Source of the DNA: Saccostrea echinata | Lineage: Eukaryota | NCBI RefSeq assembly: GCF_033153115.1 | Contig: NW_026889757.1 | Coordinates: forward strand, 6,696,001-6,760,000 | Direction of reading: 5' to 3' | Length of the DNA stretch: 64,000 bases | Position numbers and translations under genes: made by a program | Notes under the pieces: generated by a model | The model's database searches: none | What the model was told of the DNA's origin: nothing | Seen by the model: the letters and a program-made list of their open reading frames with translations, nothing else | Shown: positions 47,401 to 59,389 of the stretch, in pieces | Layout of the letters: the number at the start of each line of letters is the position of its first letter | Position numbering within the stretch: position 1 is the stretch's first letter

Positions 47401-48159
47401 TATGGTGTGTCAAAAGCTACCCATGATTAGAATTTTTATTTATCACAAACCTTTCAGAACTGCAGCCTGTCTGAAAGTTGGATACACATAAACAGTAATT
47501 TTTGGATTGAGGCATTGCTCTGCAACGGCAAAACATTTATTTGTTGGATGCACTGCAAATGGTCCAACTCCATTTCCTTTGAAGTTGAACACAGTCTCTG
47601 CTCCATCTTCTGCTATAAACTTCACATTACTTCCTGCCTGGTAGCAGATCACATCTTTATCAATGTAGCCAATTTTGCCACCACTGTACCCCTGTGCCCA
47701 CCTATTATGATATACACAAAATCCAAGTAAGTATATTTCTATGCCATCCATAAAAAAATTTAAAGATATGGTAATAAACACGTTTTATGTAATCATAATT
47801 TTGAAAAATAACAATAAAAGAAAAATATGTCTTTGAGTACCAGTATCATAATCAAGCACGCAAACAGATGACTGCATCATCATCAGCTAATCATTACCAC
47901 GATGAAGCCAAAAAAAATTAAGCACCCTTAATTTAGTAGAAATTGTTCAGCTACTTTAATTCAATCTTTGTGTATACTAGAGTGCAGCCAAGATTTTCAC
48001 TTCGTGTCAGTTTTGTTAATTTGATGATGCTTCATCTGTTTATGCAGACTTGTTGACTTGGCGAGCTATCGTAATTTTTCTAAAAATGAGTTTTAGCAGC
48101 ATCATTTATCGACAAATAATTTGTACTTACGATAATTCTAAAGTTCCAACAGCATCCAT
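26457..48159 (-). CDS. CFAP43: Cilia- and flagella-associated protein 43 (WDR96), ~42 exons
   Basis: ATG at 48159 (exon 48131-48159, MDAVGTLEL). Following exons at 47451-47701, 47161-47254, 46628-46795, 46072-46330, 44996-45116, 43481-43563, 42315-42446 and onward to 26748-26902 and 26457-26627, with GT-AG ends. N-terminal WD region (WAQGY...ICYQAG...LNPKITVYVYP, IPEFQLILW, FNPGNWRQIC). Coiled-coil C-half (IKRECWDEM, RERGLDMMMGGVLE, LKQGQVEV) and the family C-terminus AEVERLRMRTFPAL. Confidence 0.93.
29026..29203. mobile_element. Degenerate Tc1/pogo-type MITE in a CFAP43 intron
   Basis: Right end ...GATAAGGAGGGTTGACTG|TA; decayed left end TAGTTGAACTTC; internal GATATCTC-type repeats. Confidence 0.5.
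36718..36897. repeat. Two-copy ~90-bp intronic tandem duplication
   Basis: ATCA(C/T)TACAAAACTAAATTCAATACCC...TTTTTGGTAAC occurs twice. Confidence 0.75.
42929..43089. mobile_element. ~160-bp fold-back MITE (TAAGGAATAAC...GTTATTCCTTA)
   Basis: Near-perfect inverted repeat with ~75-bp arms around a short loop; TTAA/ATAA-like ends. Confidence 0.8.
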
Positions 48160-48216
48160 GGCTATTTAAATGTTTATATCATAACCATAATCTATTTTTG
48201 CCACCGAAAACCAACC

Positions 48217-48250
48217 GTTGCTAAGGAAGTTGATAAACTCTCGCGGGAAG
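48217..48250. promoter_or_regulatory. Candidate RFX X-box (and E2F-like site) in the CFAP43 proximal promoter
   Basis: GTTGCTAAGGAAGT at 48217-48230, ~58 bp upstream of the ATG, has one good X-box half-site. TTCCCGCG lies on the minus strand at 48242-48249. RFX control of ciliary genes is established. Confidence 0.55.
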
Positions 48251-49594
48251 ACTCGTTCTCGTAAAATTTGTTAACTCGTTCATAAAATCTTCATTATCAC
48301 AACCTAAAAGTTGTAGTGAGAGTTGTTGAAAAAGTTTGAATGTGAAATATTCTAAGAACTTTTCAATTCAACGTTACAAACAAAAAGAAGAAGGTGATTT
48401 GTAAAATGAAAAGTCACATATGCTACCTATTTTTTTGAACACTGTAAAGGAAATTTTTCCGACGTCAATCATATTATCTGGTTTTTATTTATTTGTTCTT
48501 TTTCATTTAGCAGCTCACTGCTATTCAGTAAACCACGAGAACATATACATGTTTAATGTTTCCCGTTTTCTCCAATGTTTAACATCATTCATTTTGCGCG
48601 GGGAAGGGGGGGGGATAGGGGAATTGAGTACTCTCATCAATCGTTTTCACTTTTTGTCTAATGGATATATACATGTAACTAAATATATATCAATTTACAT
48701 GGCTAGACACAATAATTTTCTTTCTGCAACATCATGAAAATCCTATGAGATTCAAAATGAGAAATATGCAGATGAAATACACAGGTATCTATTTAAATTC
48801 GAACTTTTTTTACGGAACATCTGATTTACAAAACATTTAGCCATGATGTTGTAAGAGCATTTTAATGTTGTTTAGTACATTAAATACATGTATTGAGCAC
48901 TGAAATGATAGACTATAAAAAATTCATTGTTTGGCTTTAAGCTTCCTCCTCGCGCGTACACGTAGCCTCTATTTTTTTCAAAATGGGGGGTTTGGGGGTT
49001 TAGAAAAAAAAAGAAAAGGTTCTACTGAAATGAAGCATTTATAAGGGAATTTCAATTTTTTTTTAAAAATCTTAATCAATGTAAAACCGATAGAGAGTTC
49101 TCTGTGTTTCAATTTGAGATATAATATCACAAGTTAAATTGATGCAAAGCATGAAATTGAAACTGGCCGCAAAAATATTTTTAGCACTTTGAAGTATTTC
49201 CACAATTAAGAAAGAGTCCAAAGAAAAGAAAAAAAAATCCAAGAAGAAAAAGTATACGATATATTTTTTACACTTGCTTTACTTTTCTGTGTATATAATG
49301 TTAACAATACTTGAAGTTAAATTAGTTACAAACTGTGTATGAGATCAAAGATATCATTTATTTAATACTAAATCATGTTAACAGATCACCCTTACTTTAT
49401 AAAGATTACCATGGACTTAAAATTCTTCCTTGTTCAGTGTATATAGGGATATTTAAGTAGATTAAAATATTTACAGGCCAAAAAAAAAATATTGTTATGA
49501 CTGAATTTTCAACCAAAATAATTGATAACATTACAATTTCAAATGACAAATGAAACAAAAGTGATGAAAATTTATTTTACATGTACATTTATTT

Positions 49595-52500
49595 TCATTT
49601 TTCCCCATCACTGTCTAACAGCTGATCCAAGTCTAATATAGAATCACATTTCTTGTTGAAAATTCTACTCAGTTTCTGAAACGCAGTATTAACATTTTCA
49701 TCTGATTCAAAATTAGAACTGTCTACCAGAATTTCCACTCTTCTCTGAGAAAAAATTGGGGTTGTGTCTTTCAGTGGCCATGGTAAATTTAGATGGTGTC
49801 TATGAATCTATAAAAGAGATACATTCATGAGAATTAAACAGGTTGGGACCAATCGCCCAATGGGATATAATAGCCCGTTTGGGATATAATATCCCATATT
49901 GAATATAAATTTACAACGCAAAAAATGAAATTTTTTACCTTGGCTATAAATATCATAAATCCGCATCAAGATACTTATAAATTAAGGAATAACTTTTGGT
50001 TAGCAAGTTTTTCTGTATGACCACTGTTTAAGAGATTGATCCCTCGGAAGTTCGTAAACTTCTTGGGGATCAATCTAACAACTCGTAGGGTTGCAGAAAA
50101 ACTTGCTTGCCAAAAGTTATTCCTTTTAAAGTATTTTGATGTGGATTTATGATATTTATAGCCAAAATAAAATTTTTTTTATTTTTTTGCTCCGTAAATT
50201 TATATCCCATTTGGGATATTATATCCCAGATGGGTTATTATACCCTATTTGGGCGATTGTTCCCAACCTGTTAAACACTTCAACAGAAAATTGTGTACCA
50301 AAACAGGAAACCCCAAAACATACCTATGAATTTTATTCACTATTCTGCTCTACATGTATAGGTATCCTTTTGAAAAGTTGATTAAAACAAGATCTGTACT
50401 TTGGAAGGTTAACCTCTTCTATTATATTTTCTTTTAAAGTATGTTATTCATTTTTTCATAGTGACGAGTGTATATTCTCAGACATTATATTAAGAAGCAG
50501 TTTAAAAATATATCAAAAACCCAGCCCATTGGGATTATATGCCACTTTTAACACAAAATTTAAATATAATACAGAAAGAAAAGAAAAAGAGCACCATGAC
50601 AACATTTAGAAATAAACAAAAAATATATACTTAAGAGGAATATATTCATGTTGTGAGTATACACCCGTGTACTAAGTTAGCAATGTCTGATATGAGATAC
50701 TGGGAAATGGATATGTCACTATAATTTTTAATCATTGAAATACAGTTTACTTTCTTATTTTCTGAAAATAACTGAATGCATTTCTTCATATATACAAGAA
50801 ATACAAAATTAATACATTGCATCCTGGCAAGGATAATTTGAAATTCAGCATTCACAGTACTCATACAAGTATCATAATTTACTTGTACATGTATCATAAT
50901 TTTCTTACTTTAAACAGTTTTCCATTTTGACAGTGCCAGACCACACCCTCAACAAGACCCTCCTGTGTAGAGGAGAACCAGTTCTGGATCTCTGTGAGAG
51001 AAATTTCAGGGGGATCTGAGAGAGGTATCGAACCATGAATCACCAGAAAGTGGAGAGGATTTCTTTTGCTGCCGATACCTGTGACAAAAATTTTGTCAAA
51101 ATCAATATTTACCGTACCTGTTTAAAGAATAGCAATGTGTTTATTAATTATTTATAGAATTACTTTCTAAATACAAAAAATGTATGTGTAATTGGTATTA
51201 AATTTCATAGTTACACAGTAATTTTTCCTGAGGTTCAAAGCTAAAAAAAGTTCTAATTGGAAAATCACACAGCTGCTGCTAAAGGGAGGTAATTCCAGCA
51301 GCTTCTTACATAAACTGTAATTTTTACTTACTGTAGGCATTTCCATTAATATGTGTTCCTATCAGCTCCGCTGTGTGACCAAGGGCACTTCGTAGAGGCA
51401 AAGCTTGTATCTGAAGACACTGTGGACAACCCTCTTTCTGCCTGTAAGAATCACTTATGTATGAAACTCCAAGTATAAGGAGACAATTAATGACAATAGT
51501 TTGTACATAAAAGCAATTAAAACAAAGATAATCAAGATTATTAGCTCACATTGACAAATGTAATCTTTAATAAAGCGAGGCAGTCTCATATCAAATGAAT
51601 GCTCAAAATGATGCTTCTGTGCATTTCATCTTTCTACATCTTTAATTAATACTTAGAAATAATCAACATCCCTTGATCCATCATCCATATAAATCTGTTC
51701 AATATAAGGTTTTATATGCATGATTAAAAAGGAAAGGGCCCAATGCAAAAATGTTAAACTGGTCACTTATTTTGAAATATGGGTCACTTCGATCAGTGTA
51801 AGTAGTAAGTATAAGTAAAACGGTTGGCCATTCCTGCAAGATTGATTCAGATAATGCCTTCATCTGAATGTATGTGAAGCAAGGATGCATATCAACCATT
51901 CAAGTTTGGTCCTGGAAAGGCTTCAACTTATTTGGAAAATGAACTCTAAAATTTTTACCTTAGCCAATCAACTTGAAAATATTGGTCAGATGCAATTTGC
52001 ATCAAATTTTACATTATTCCTGCAAGGTGGTTTAGTATCTCGACAGTGGTATGCTTTCATTGAAATTGGCATGCTCAGAACACTTCAAACATGTTCAGAT
52101 GTAGGTCAGATTAAGCAAAGTTGGTAACTCACATCCCTTGGTGGATCATCTAGGCATATTGCTAAAATGCATAACATGTCAGATGCAACTTTTAAAGCAG
52201 TTCTCACAATATGCATAACTATTCAACACACATCATCCATGCAAGTTTAGCTCAGGTATGACTTTTAGCTACTTTGAAATAGATCTGCTCTAAAACTTTA
52301 CACATTGGCCATTTATCCATAAAATACAGGTCAAATGTAGTATTCAAAATATATCAACTAGAACATGACTAGGTACATGTAATTATGAATTATAACTTTT
52401 CGTTATTCATACTTTTATGGACTCTCACTTTAACCTCCAGATACATATAGATATTCATGCAGAAGAATGTGGCATATAGATACTAATATTATATTTGATA

Positions 52501-55500
52501 ACAAAAAAAAAATGGACTGAATACTAGTGCATGTACATGTGTAAGAAAATTACCCAATGGAAAGTCAGAAAGTCATTAATAAGAAGTTGGCATTACTATG
52601 TTTTTTTTAATAAAGGGGATAGCAAGTAACATTCCTATATTGGTCTTACTTATTCTTACTTAGAATTAATTTAGATTTAGTTGGATGCATTGAGAGAGAA
52701 TATAAAAATAAGTACCAGGTATTAATCTTTAGATATATCCCTCCAAATAGGGATTAAATACTCCATAAACTTAACCTAGTTCTCTATCTGGAAAACATAA
52801 TTCAGATACAGCAACATTAGATGTTTTATTGTTCAGGGTTATAACTACTTAGCAATTGGACCTGCTCCAAAAATTTGAACCTGGAATGCCGATCCTAGGG
52901 GATCAGGAGAAAACTACATCACCTTGACAACCGTGAGCTAATTAAAAGATTGCAGATGCTTAATCAATAATGTCAGATATTTCTTTTTAAAATTCATTCT
53001 GTAGTATAATGAAAGTTTTCCTAATCATTATTATATATGAATGATGCATGGTCATTGATCAACTCAGTTTTTCAATGTGTTTTTTTTTTAAAGGCTATAT
53101 TGGTAATAGACATCTATACTTTATAAAATACTTATGGTCTTAATTGCCAATAAGCGAATAGAAAATTTTCTATGAAACAAATTTTCATTTTCTGTGTAAC
53201 CATAATAGTGTTTGCCATTAATATGTATACACATGCTTTTGAATTCTTTTATCAATGCTTGACTACATTTTATGCATACAATGGAAATTCAAGAAATCTG
53301 TGTAACTTCGTACTCGCTGATCAAACAGATATTGTAAACCTGCTAAATTATGACCCCACGTTAAAAAGTATGTTTATGGTACATGCACATGTATTTTTTT
53401 CTTTTTAAAATGCAAATGATTTCTCATATTGTAATTTAAATTACTTTTTTTTCATAAGAACTTTATTTTGGCATAATTACACGAGGCTATCTGCTTGAGA
53501 AAATTTAATCCTAGTGTATAATTTTATTATAAAAGATCATATAAAACAATTATCAAAATATGTGAAAATTTTATCTTGCTTATAAATAACAAATGACTTT
53601 CTTCTTAAAATAAGGTGTCATGAAAACCTGGTGATGTTCAGTATAATTTAAATTGATCATATTGTTGGAAATCATGGTAATTTTTTATTTTTTGATCTTT
53701 CTCTGCATATGTATGTACTTGTAATTGTAGAGACCAGTGTTTTATCCTTTTCTACTTACATTAAAAACAACCCAAGCCCTCTGTCTAAGTCCACAGCAGA
53801 CTCATGCCAACAGTACTGTCTTGATTTCTTTTCCAAGGGAACCCAACCTGTCAGCAATAAAAATTATATCCCTTAATTCTGTTTGTTCATTATAAGCTCC
53901 GTCAAGAGCTGAACTTTGTTATCAAACTTCCCAACAAGTCCCATCTATTATTCTTTATGTATTTTAACCTCAATATCTTGGATCAATGGATTTTGTTTTT
54001 CATTTTTTGTTTTTTCTTGGACCCATCAGGTACAAAATAATGATATTTAACAGTATTTTCTTAAGAACTTGAACTTTAATCCTCTTTTTTAAGACTAAGT
54101 TCAAAAGGATTTTGATATTCCTGATTATATTATTGAATTTCATTACTCTTTTCCATATCTTAAAGCCAGCCAATATGAGTAATTAATAATATTCTTAGTC
54201 ATTTAATTTTTTACCTGGAATGTGTCTACTTTTGTCTGGTTGAGGTTGGCCATTTACCAGATTTACATCAGAAGCTGGCCTCCAATGATCTGGAACCTCC
54301 TGATAGGGAATTAAAGACATTACCATAAGTAGGAGCTAACAAACTTTATCCACTAAACAGAAACATACTGAATATCAGGTAATTTTGGCACTCTGCAAAA
54401 CTTGTCGTTTTGAAAGGGGGGGGGGGGTTAGATACAAAAAAAAGCCTAAATATAAAGAACAACATTTCCATAGTTTATAGAGAGTTATTGTATAAAGTAT
54501 TTAAATGAAAATCTGCCAAAATATAAAACACCAATATTTCAACTCTTTTCTGTATCAAATTCAGCAAATGTTCCAGAAGCCAAATTACCCAATAAACAAT
54601 GTATACAGTTGTAAGGACAAGGGTCATTGTTATATTTTACATTTTCTAAGATTATTTCAGGGGTGTCGGCAAGTATTTGACATTGAGGAGGCAAACTGGA
54701 TCGAAAAGGGGGGGGGGGGAGCTAACCAACTTTTTGTTACATAAACTAAATAATTAAAATTTTTGCCAAAATCTTGATATTTTCCTCATTAAGAATTATT
54801 TTCTGATTAAAAAAGAACAATTAAACATGCAACCAAAAAAAAGTTTTATGTATTTTAAGTTACATGTACTATAAATAAAACAAAACTGGAATATTTTTAA
54901 ATATGTAGGAGCTAGTTTTTTTTTTTCCAAAACAGCATAGAAAGAACTTAGAAGGGTTAATGACGAGGTAAAGATTAAAATACATATAATTTTCTACTTT
55001 TGTATAATAATTATAAACTTATAATTGTTACTCGGCGAAAGAATGCATAATATGAATTGGTCGAATGAACAGGGTGATTAATCCTTCAAAATCCCTCCAT
55101 TTTTGAAATATGTATGACATTATTAAAAAAAAAAACAACTGAAGTTGTTTTAAGTAGTAATTTTTACCCAGTACTTTGCTTACAACTACGATTCTTCAAA
55201 GATTCCCAAACATCGATCGACCAATTCATTAGACAATGAACAGGCCTGTTATACACAAGGGAAGGGGGGGGGGGGCACCAATTTTTGCCCAATTTCTCCA
55301 CTCTTTCAGAGAATTTTTTTTTGGCTTAAGTTTCGATGTGTAAAAATTCATTCATTTAGACGCTGCTTGGCAAATTCCACGGACCAGCATTTGAAAAGAA
55401 AAAAAAATTCCAGAAACTTAGAGAATCCCCACCCCGCCCCCAAAAATAGAATTTCCAAAAATGTTGCTAGCTGTGGGCCTGACGAAGAATTCGCAAACTT

Positions 55501-57571
55501 GCAAGTAGAGCAATGAATACTATGCTTATTGTTTATGCATGCCAGGTTCAGGTATATACACGTACATCCCAATTTGTGTCTGTGTATAGCTTTCATACTT
55601 TGCTGCTCCATTGACCACAGAATGCCGTTATTCTTGCCGCTCCATTGACCACAGATACTGCCATTACAAATTTTGTAATTCCGTATTTCTCATTTAAAAT
55701 TCATTTTTCTTTTTTTTTTTTCTTCTTTTTTTTTTTTTTTTTCTTCTTTTTTTTTTTTCGCAAAATTATTGGGGCGGTAATCGCCGCCCCTGCCGCCCCT
55801 TTGCCGACGCCCCTTTATTTATAATGTATTTTTCTCTTACTTTGAAATCTTTTTCAATGTTCCACTCAAATGTGGGTTCAGGTATATCTTTTGGTCCTTG
55901 TTCCCACTTTTGATGAAGAAACTGGAATTGTTTGAATCTTTTATCTCCAGCTTTGTTTGGTTTTCTGTCTAAACGAGCCCAAAGCCAAGGTAGACCTATA
56001 AAAGCAAAAAAATAAATATATAAAACTAGTGTTTTAATTATCAATCATAATTGAAAATCAGTTGATTGTTAGTTTATTATAAGCATTTAATAAAAAAAAT
56101 TGGTTGCTCTATTTTTATCAGTGGATCATATTTTTTTGAATGCAAAATTCCAGCCTGACTTCACTACTGAGAAAGTAAGTAACTGAACACTGTAAGCTAA
56201 CGCAAACACGTGTAATCAGTGTACATGTATGTATTGTAAATATTCAATGTAAACACAAGCCATATTCATGATTATAATTATTTTTTCTACAAACTTTAAG
56301 TTATATACTTTGAAAATTAAAACGTTTTTGTCATTTATAACTAACGCCAGCTACATATTTCTTTTCTAAAGTAATGTTCGTTTATAGACTGTAGTGCATT
56401 AAATATATATTTTCTTGAATTATGTATCCTTATAAAATATAAATAGTTTTATGAAAAGAAAAAATCGTTTCAAATATATGTCTGTTTTGAGAAATGGAAA
56501 ATCGTATTTTTATAAACTTGCGCAACTTAAGACCACACAAATTCTTGTGATTTATTATTCATTTTATTTATAACTCTCCAAAATTCTCATAAATTTATAT
56601 ACCGTTAGCAATTAATTCCATTCTGAAAGCATTTATTATTTAATTAATGCACAGTATAAACTAAATTCTTCAAGCTTCATAATATAATGCGTTTTATTTG
56701 GGGTAAACACATGCTAATTATAGACGCTTTTGTTTGTAGGTCACAGGTACCACCTTCAAATCGACTTCACGGACAATGTTTTTACAACAATTATCTCTAC
56801 TGCAAGATAGGTGTGAAAAAGTCATTCCTTGAAAAATTACCGTACCGTTCATTTTTCAATGAATAATATTACGTTTTGTAGTAGAAATTGACTGTCTGGA
56901 TCCAGAATGCAAATTTCCGGATTAATGAGACCGGTAAAAATTGGAAAAAAAACCGGTTCCAAAAAAATATCGTCCGGAAGGTGAAGCGTCCGGATTACTG
57001 CAGCACCACTGTAATAATTTTTTGGCCAAAATTTTTGTCGTATTCATCGTCAGTGTGACTGTATAAAGAAATCTGGTACTCACCATATTGCACCGTTCCT
57101 GCACTTGGTAACAAAATGCAAGTAAAGCAAAAAGTAGATAAAATAGCTACCTGGAGTAGGTTTAAATACGTAGGTAGCTATAACTAGCTACGTAGGTAGA
57201 AATAGTCTTTGGACTGGATAAACCAAGATCCAAATACCTGTGGACTTGTGTAATGAATGTAATGTCGCGTATTTTTATTTATGCCCATATTGTTTTGAGT
57301 TTATGACAATTGTGATTAATCCTTTTTAATCTTCATTTCAAAAATAAGATGATGAAACATTACCCTGCCATTCTGCAATATATACACATGTCCCGTCCAG
57401 CTTTTCAGTAGCTGTTGATTCGGTTATGCTGCTTGCAATTGCTGCACTTTTGATTACATCAGTTGCAATCACTTTATAGCCTTGAAACTTCCTCTTACTA
57501 GCTGGTTCATCAATTACATGTGTCTCAAATATACAAGAAACCTTCTGCTGAACTTTACCACACTTCTCCAT
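49595..57571 (-). CDS. RLIG1: RNA ligase 1 (C12orf29 homolog), 7 exons, 342 aa
   Basis: Exons 57364-57571, 55841-55995, 54215-54299, 53760-53847, 51332-51441, 50909-51078 and 49595-49807 join in frame (1029 nt). Ligase motif I TEKLDGTC, plus [43 protein letters not shown] and KIHRHHL. Confidence 0.93.
49839..50270. mobile_element. 432-bp palindromic MITE with a second palindromic MITE at its centre
   Basis: CAGGTTGGGA...TCCCAACCTG termini flanked by direct TTAAA. The arms are complementary throughout. The inner TTAAGGAATAAC...GTTATTCCTT unit spans ~49982-50125. Confidence 0.85.
54658..55815. mobile_element. Non-autonomous TIR DNA transposon in RLIG1 intron 2
   Basis: AGGGGTGTCGGCAA (54659-54672) pairs with TTGCCGACGCCCCT (55801-55814), 13/14 inverted. 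Flanking direct repeat TATTT at 54653-54657 and 55816-55820. Confidence 0.75.
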
Positions 57572-57679
57572 CAGTTCATATCTTTCGCTATTTTCGCCGT
57601 TTCCGGTGTCTACGTCATTCATTAACTCGTTCATTTTCCTTTCGTTCATAGTTCCATAAATATTATTGTTGTTGTGAAT

Positions 57680-57780
57680 GCCCCCCCCCCCCCCGCCCCG
57701 CTTTCCCAAAAAAGCGTGGGGTATTTCAAATTGTGTCTGTTCGTCCGTCTGTCTGTCATTCTGTTTGTGTGTAACACTAG
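57680..57780 (+). mobile_element. HINE-like terminus just upstream of RLIG1
   Basis: Hairpin CCCCGCTTT-CCCAA-AAAGCGTGGGG followed by a GTCC/GTCT microsatellite. Confidence 0.45.
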
Positions 57781-58440
57781 AATCAGATTGACATTTGAAA
57801 ATTTTAAAATGAAAATATATTACTTATGAAGATAAAAAATATCTTTTTTTTCAACCTGTAGAAAATTTACTCAAGAAAAAGTTACCTAAAGAAAAGAAAT
57901 ATCAGACAGTAATATTTTATAGATAAATTTGAGGTAAAAGTGTGAATTTAAAGAAAAACTGATAATTTTTCAACCACAGTTATAATAAAAATATCACGAG
58001 AATACTAGTACTAGATTGACTGGTGTAATATGGTTCACAAATTATTTGAACTTATTAATTAATCAAATCATTAATGCATTTCTCAGTGGAAAGTGCATGA
58101 GATAGACAGTCATTTAGTTTGTTTGTTTGTTTTTTTAAATTTGTATCGATTATTTATTATCGAGATTGGTTTTATTTCAAATTTGAAATTATTAGCATTT
58201 TTCTAATATTCATGGCAAGAAAACTCGTCCGGTAAAGCTTTGGCTTGAACTCAGTAGAAGTGCAATTAACACTGATCACTGAAATACCCCTGAAAGTGAT
58301 TCGAGACAACTGATGGCAACAGCTTTGAGAGGAGGATCTAAAGTTCTTCAGCTTCCATTGTTGAAGTCAAAACTTCTAAATGTTATTAAATATCATTTCA
58401 AGTTTTCATTGTCAGGTTTTTCTTTTAAAAATGCATACTC

Positions 58441-58483
58441 CCCCCCCCCCCCCCCTCGGGAAAAAAATCCTGGATCCGCGCCT
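58441..58483 (-). mobile_element. Fragment of a MITE end (CAGGCGCGGATCCAGGA...poly-G)
   Basis: Reverse complement reads CAGGCGCGGATCCAGGATTTTTTTCCCGAG followed by a G-run. No partner end found. Confidence 0.4.
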
Positions 58484-59389
58484 GATTTTCTTTGGTAGGT
58501 TACTGCGTGTTGCAGTACCACACGAACATACATACACAAAGAGAGAGAGCTCTTGTGACGCCAAGATTATTATGACGTCACAATTTCCAAAAGTGTAGGC
58601 AACGAATGTCGGAACCTTGTTGTGCTTATATGTGACAGATTATTTATTGTGGAAATATTTCCGAAACGGGATGAATATCTGCGATGAGGTTAGTGATTTA
58701 ATATGGTTATGGAATATAGTTTACGTTTACATGTATTTGAATACTAGTATCTTGCATTTTTATTTTAATGTAATTGATTCCGGTCTGAAATTTAGGAGAG
58801 AAAATGTGATTTTTTGGCGTATTTTGCTACTTTGCGCGAACTCAGAAAAATAAAGTACATGTAGGTGAAATAGGACTTTGTCTAATAAAGAAACCTGTGT
58901 ATTTCTATAATGTGTTTCTATATGTACTGTGTAACGTATATATTCATGATTATTCATTTTAGCAATAATTTTATAAAACTCATTTGTTGATATAGACTTG
59001 AAATGGGGGAATTGTTAAGTTGGGTATAACAGCCAAATTTTGACCAATGTTGCAACGGGGGTTCAATAAATCTCTAAGTATCTCTAAATATTAGTAACGA
59101 GTAGGCCTACACAAGAAACTACTGATCACTGATTCGTCAAACTTCTTTTAACGTCACAATATCAATTATGACGTCAGTATGTTTGATGTTTTCGAAAATT
59201 GTAGTCTTACTCTTGTCGATGATTCTATTCTGCAAAAGTGAAATTGTGTCTGGAAAAAAATATGCTAAGTGTTAACCAGGTTAGTTATCAGGCTAGTCAC
59301 AGACAAAATATGTTCTTCGAACATTTGTGGGCGTGAGCTTAGGGTTTTGATTTAGTTTGCTCACAGGTAATTTTAACTTTTTAAGGATT

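Noticed and set aside
51760-52270. Decayed HINE/satellite-like sequence in an RLIG1 intron
   Set aside because: The resemblance is too degenerate to define boundaries by eye.
57572-57709. N-terminal extension (MGKRGGGGG...) of the RLIG1 ORF in the track
   Set aside because: It runs through a poly-C/HINE-like end. Homology to C12orf29 begins at [10 protein letters not shown] (57571).
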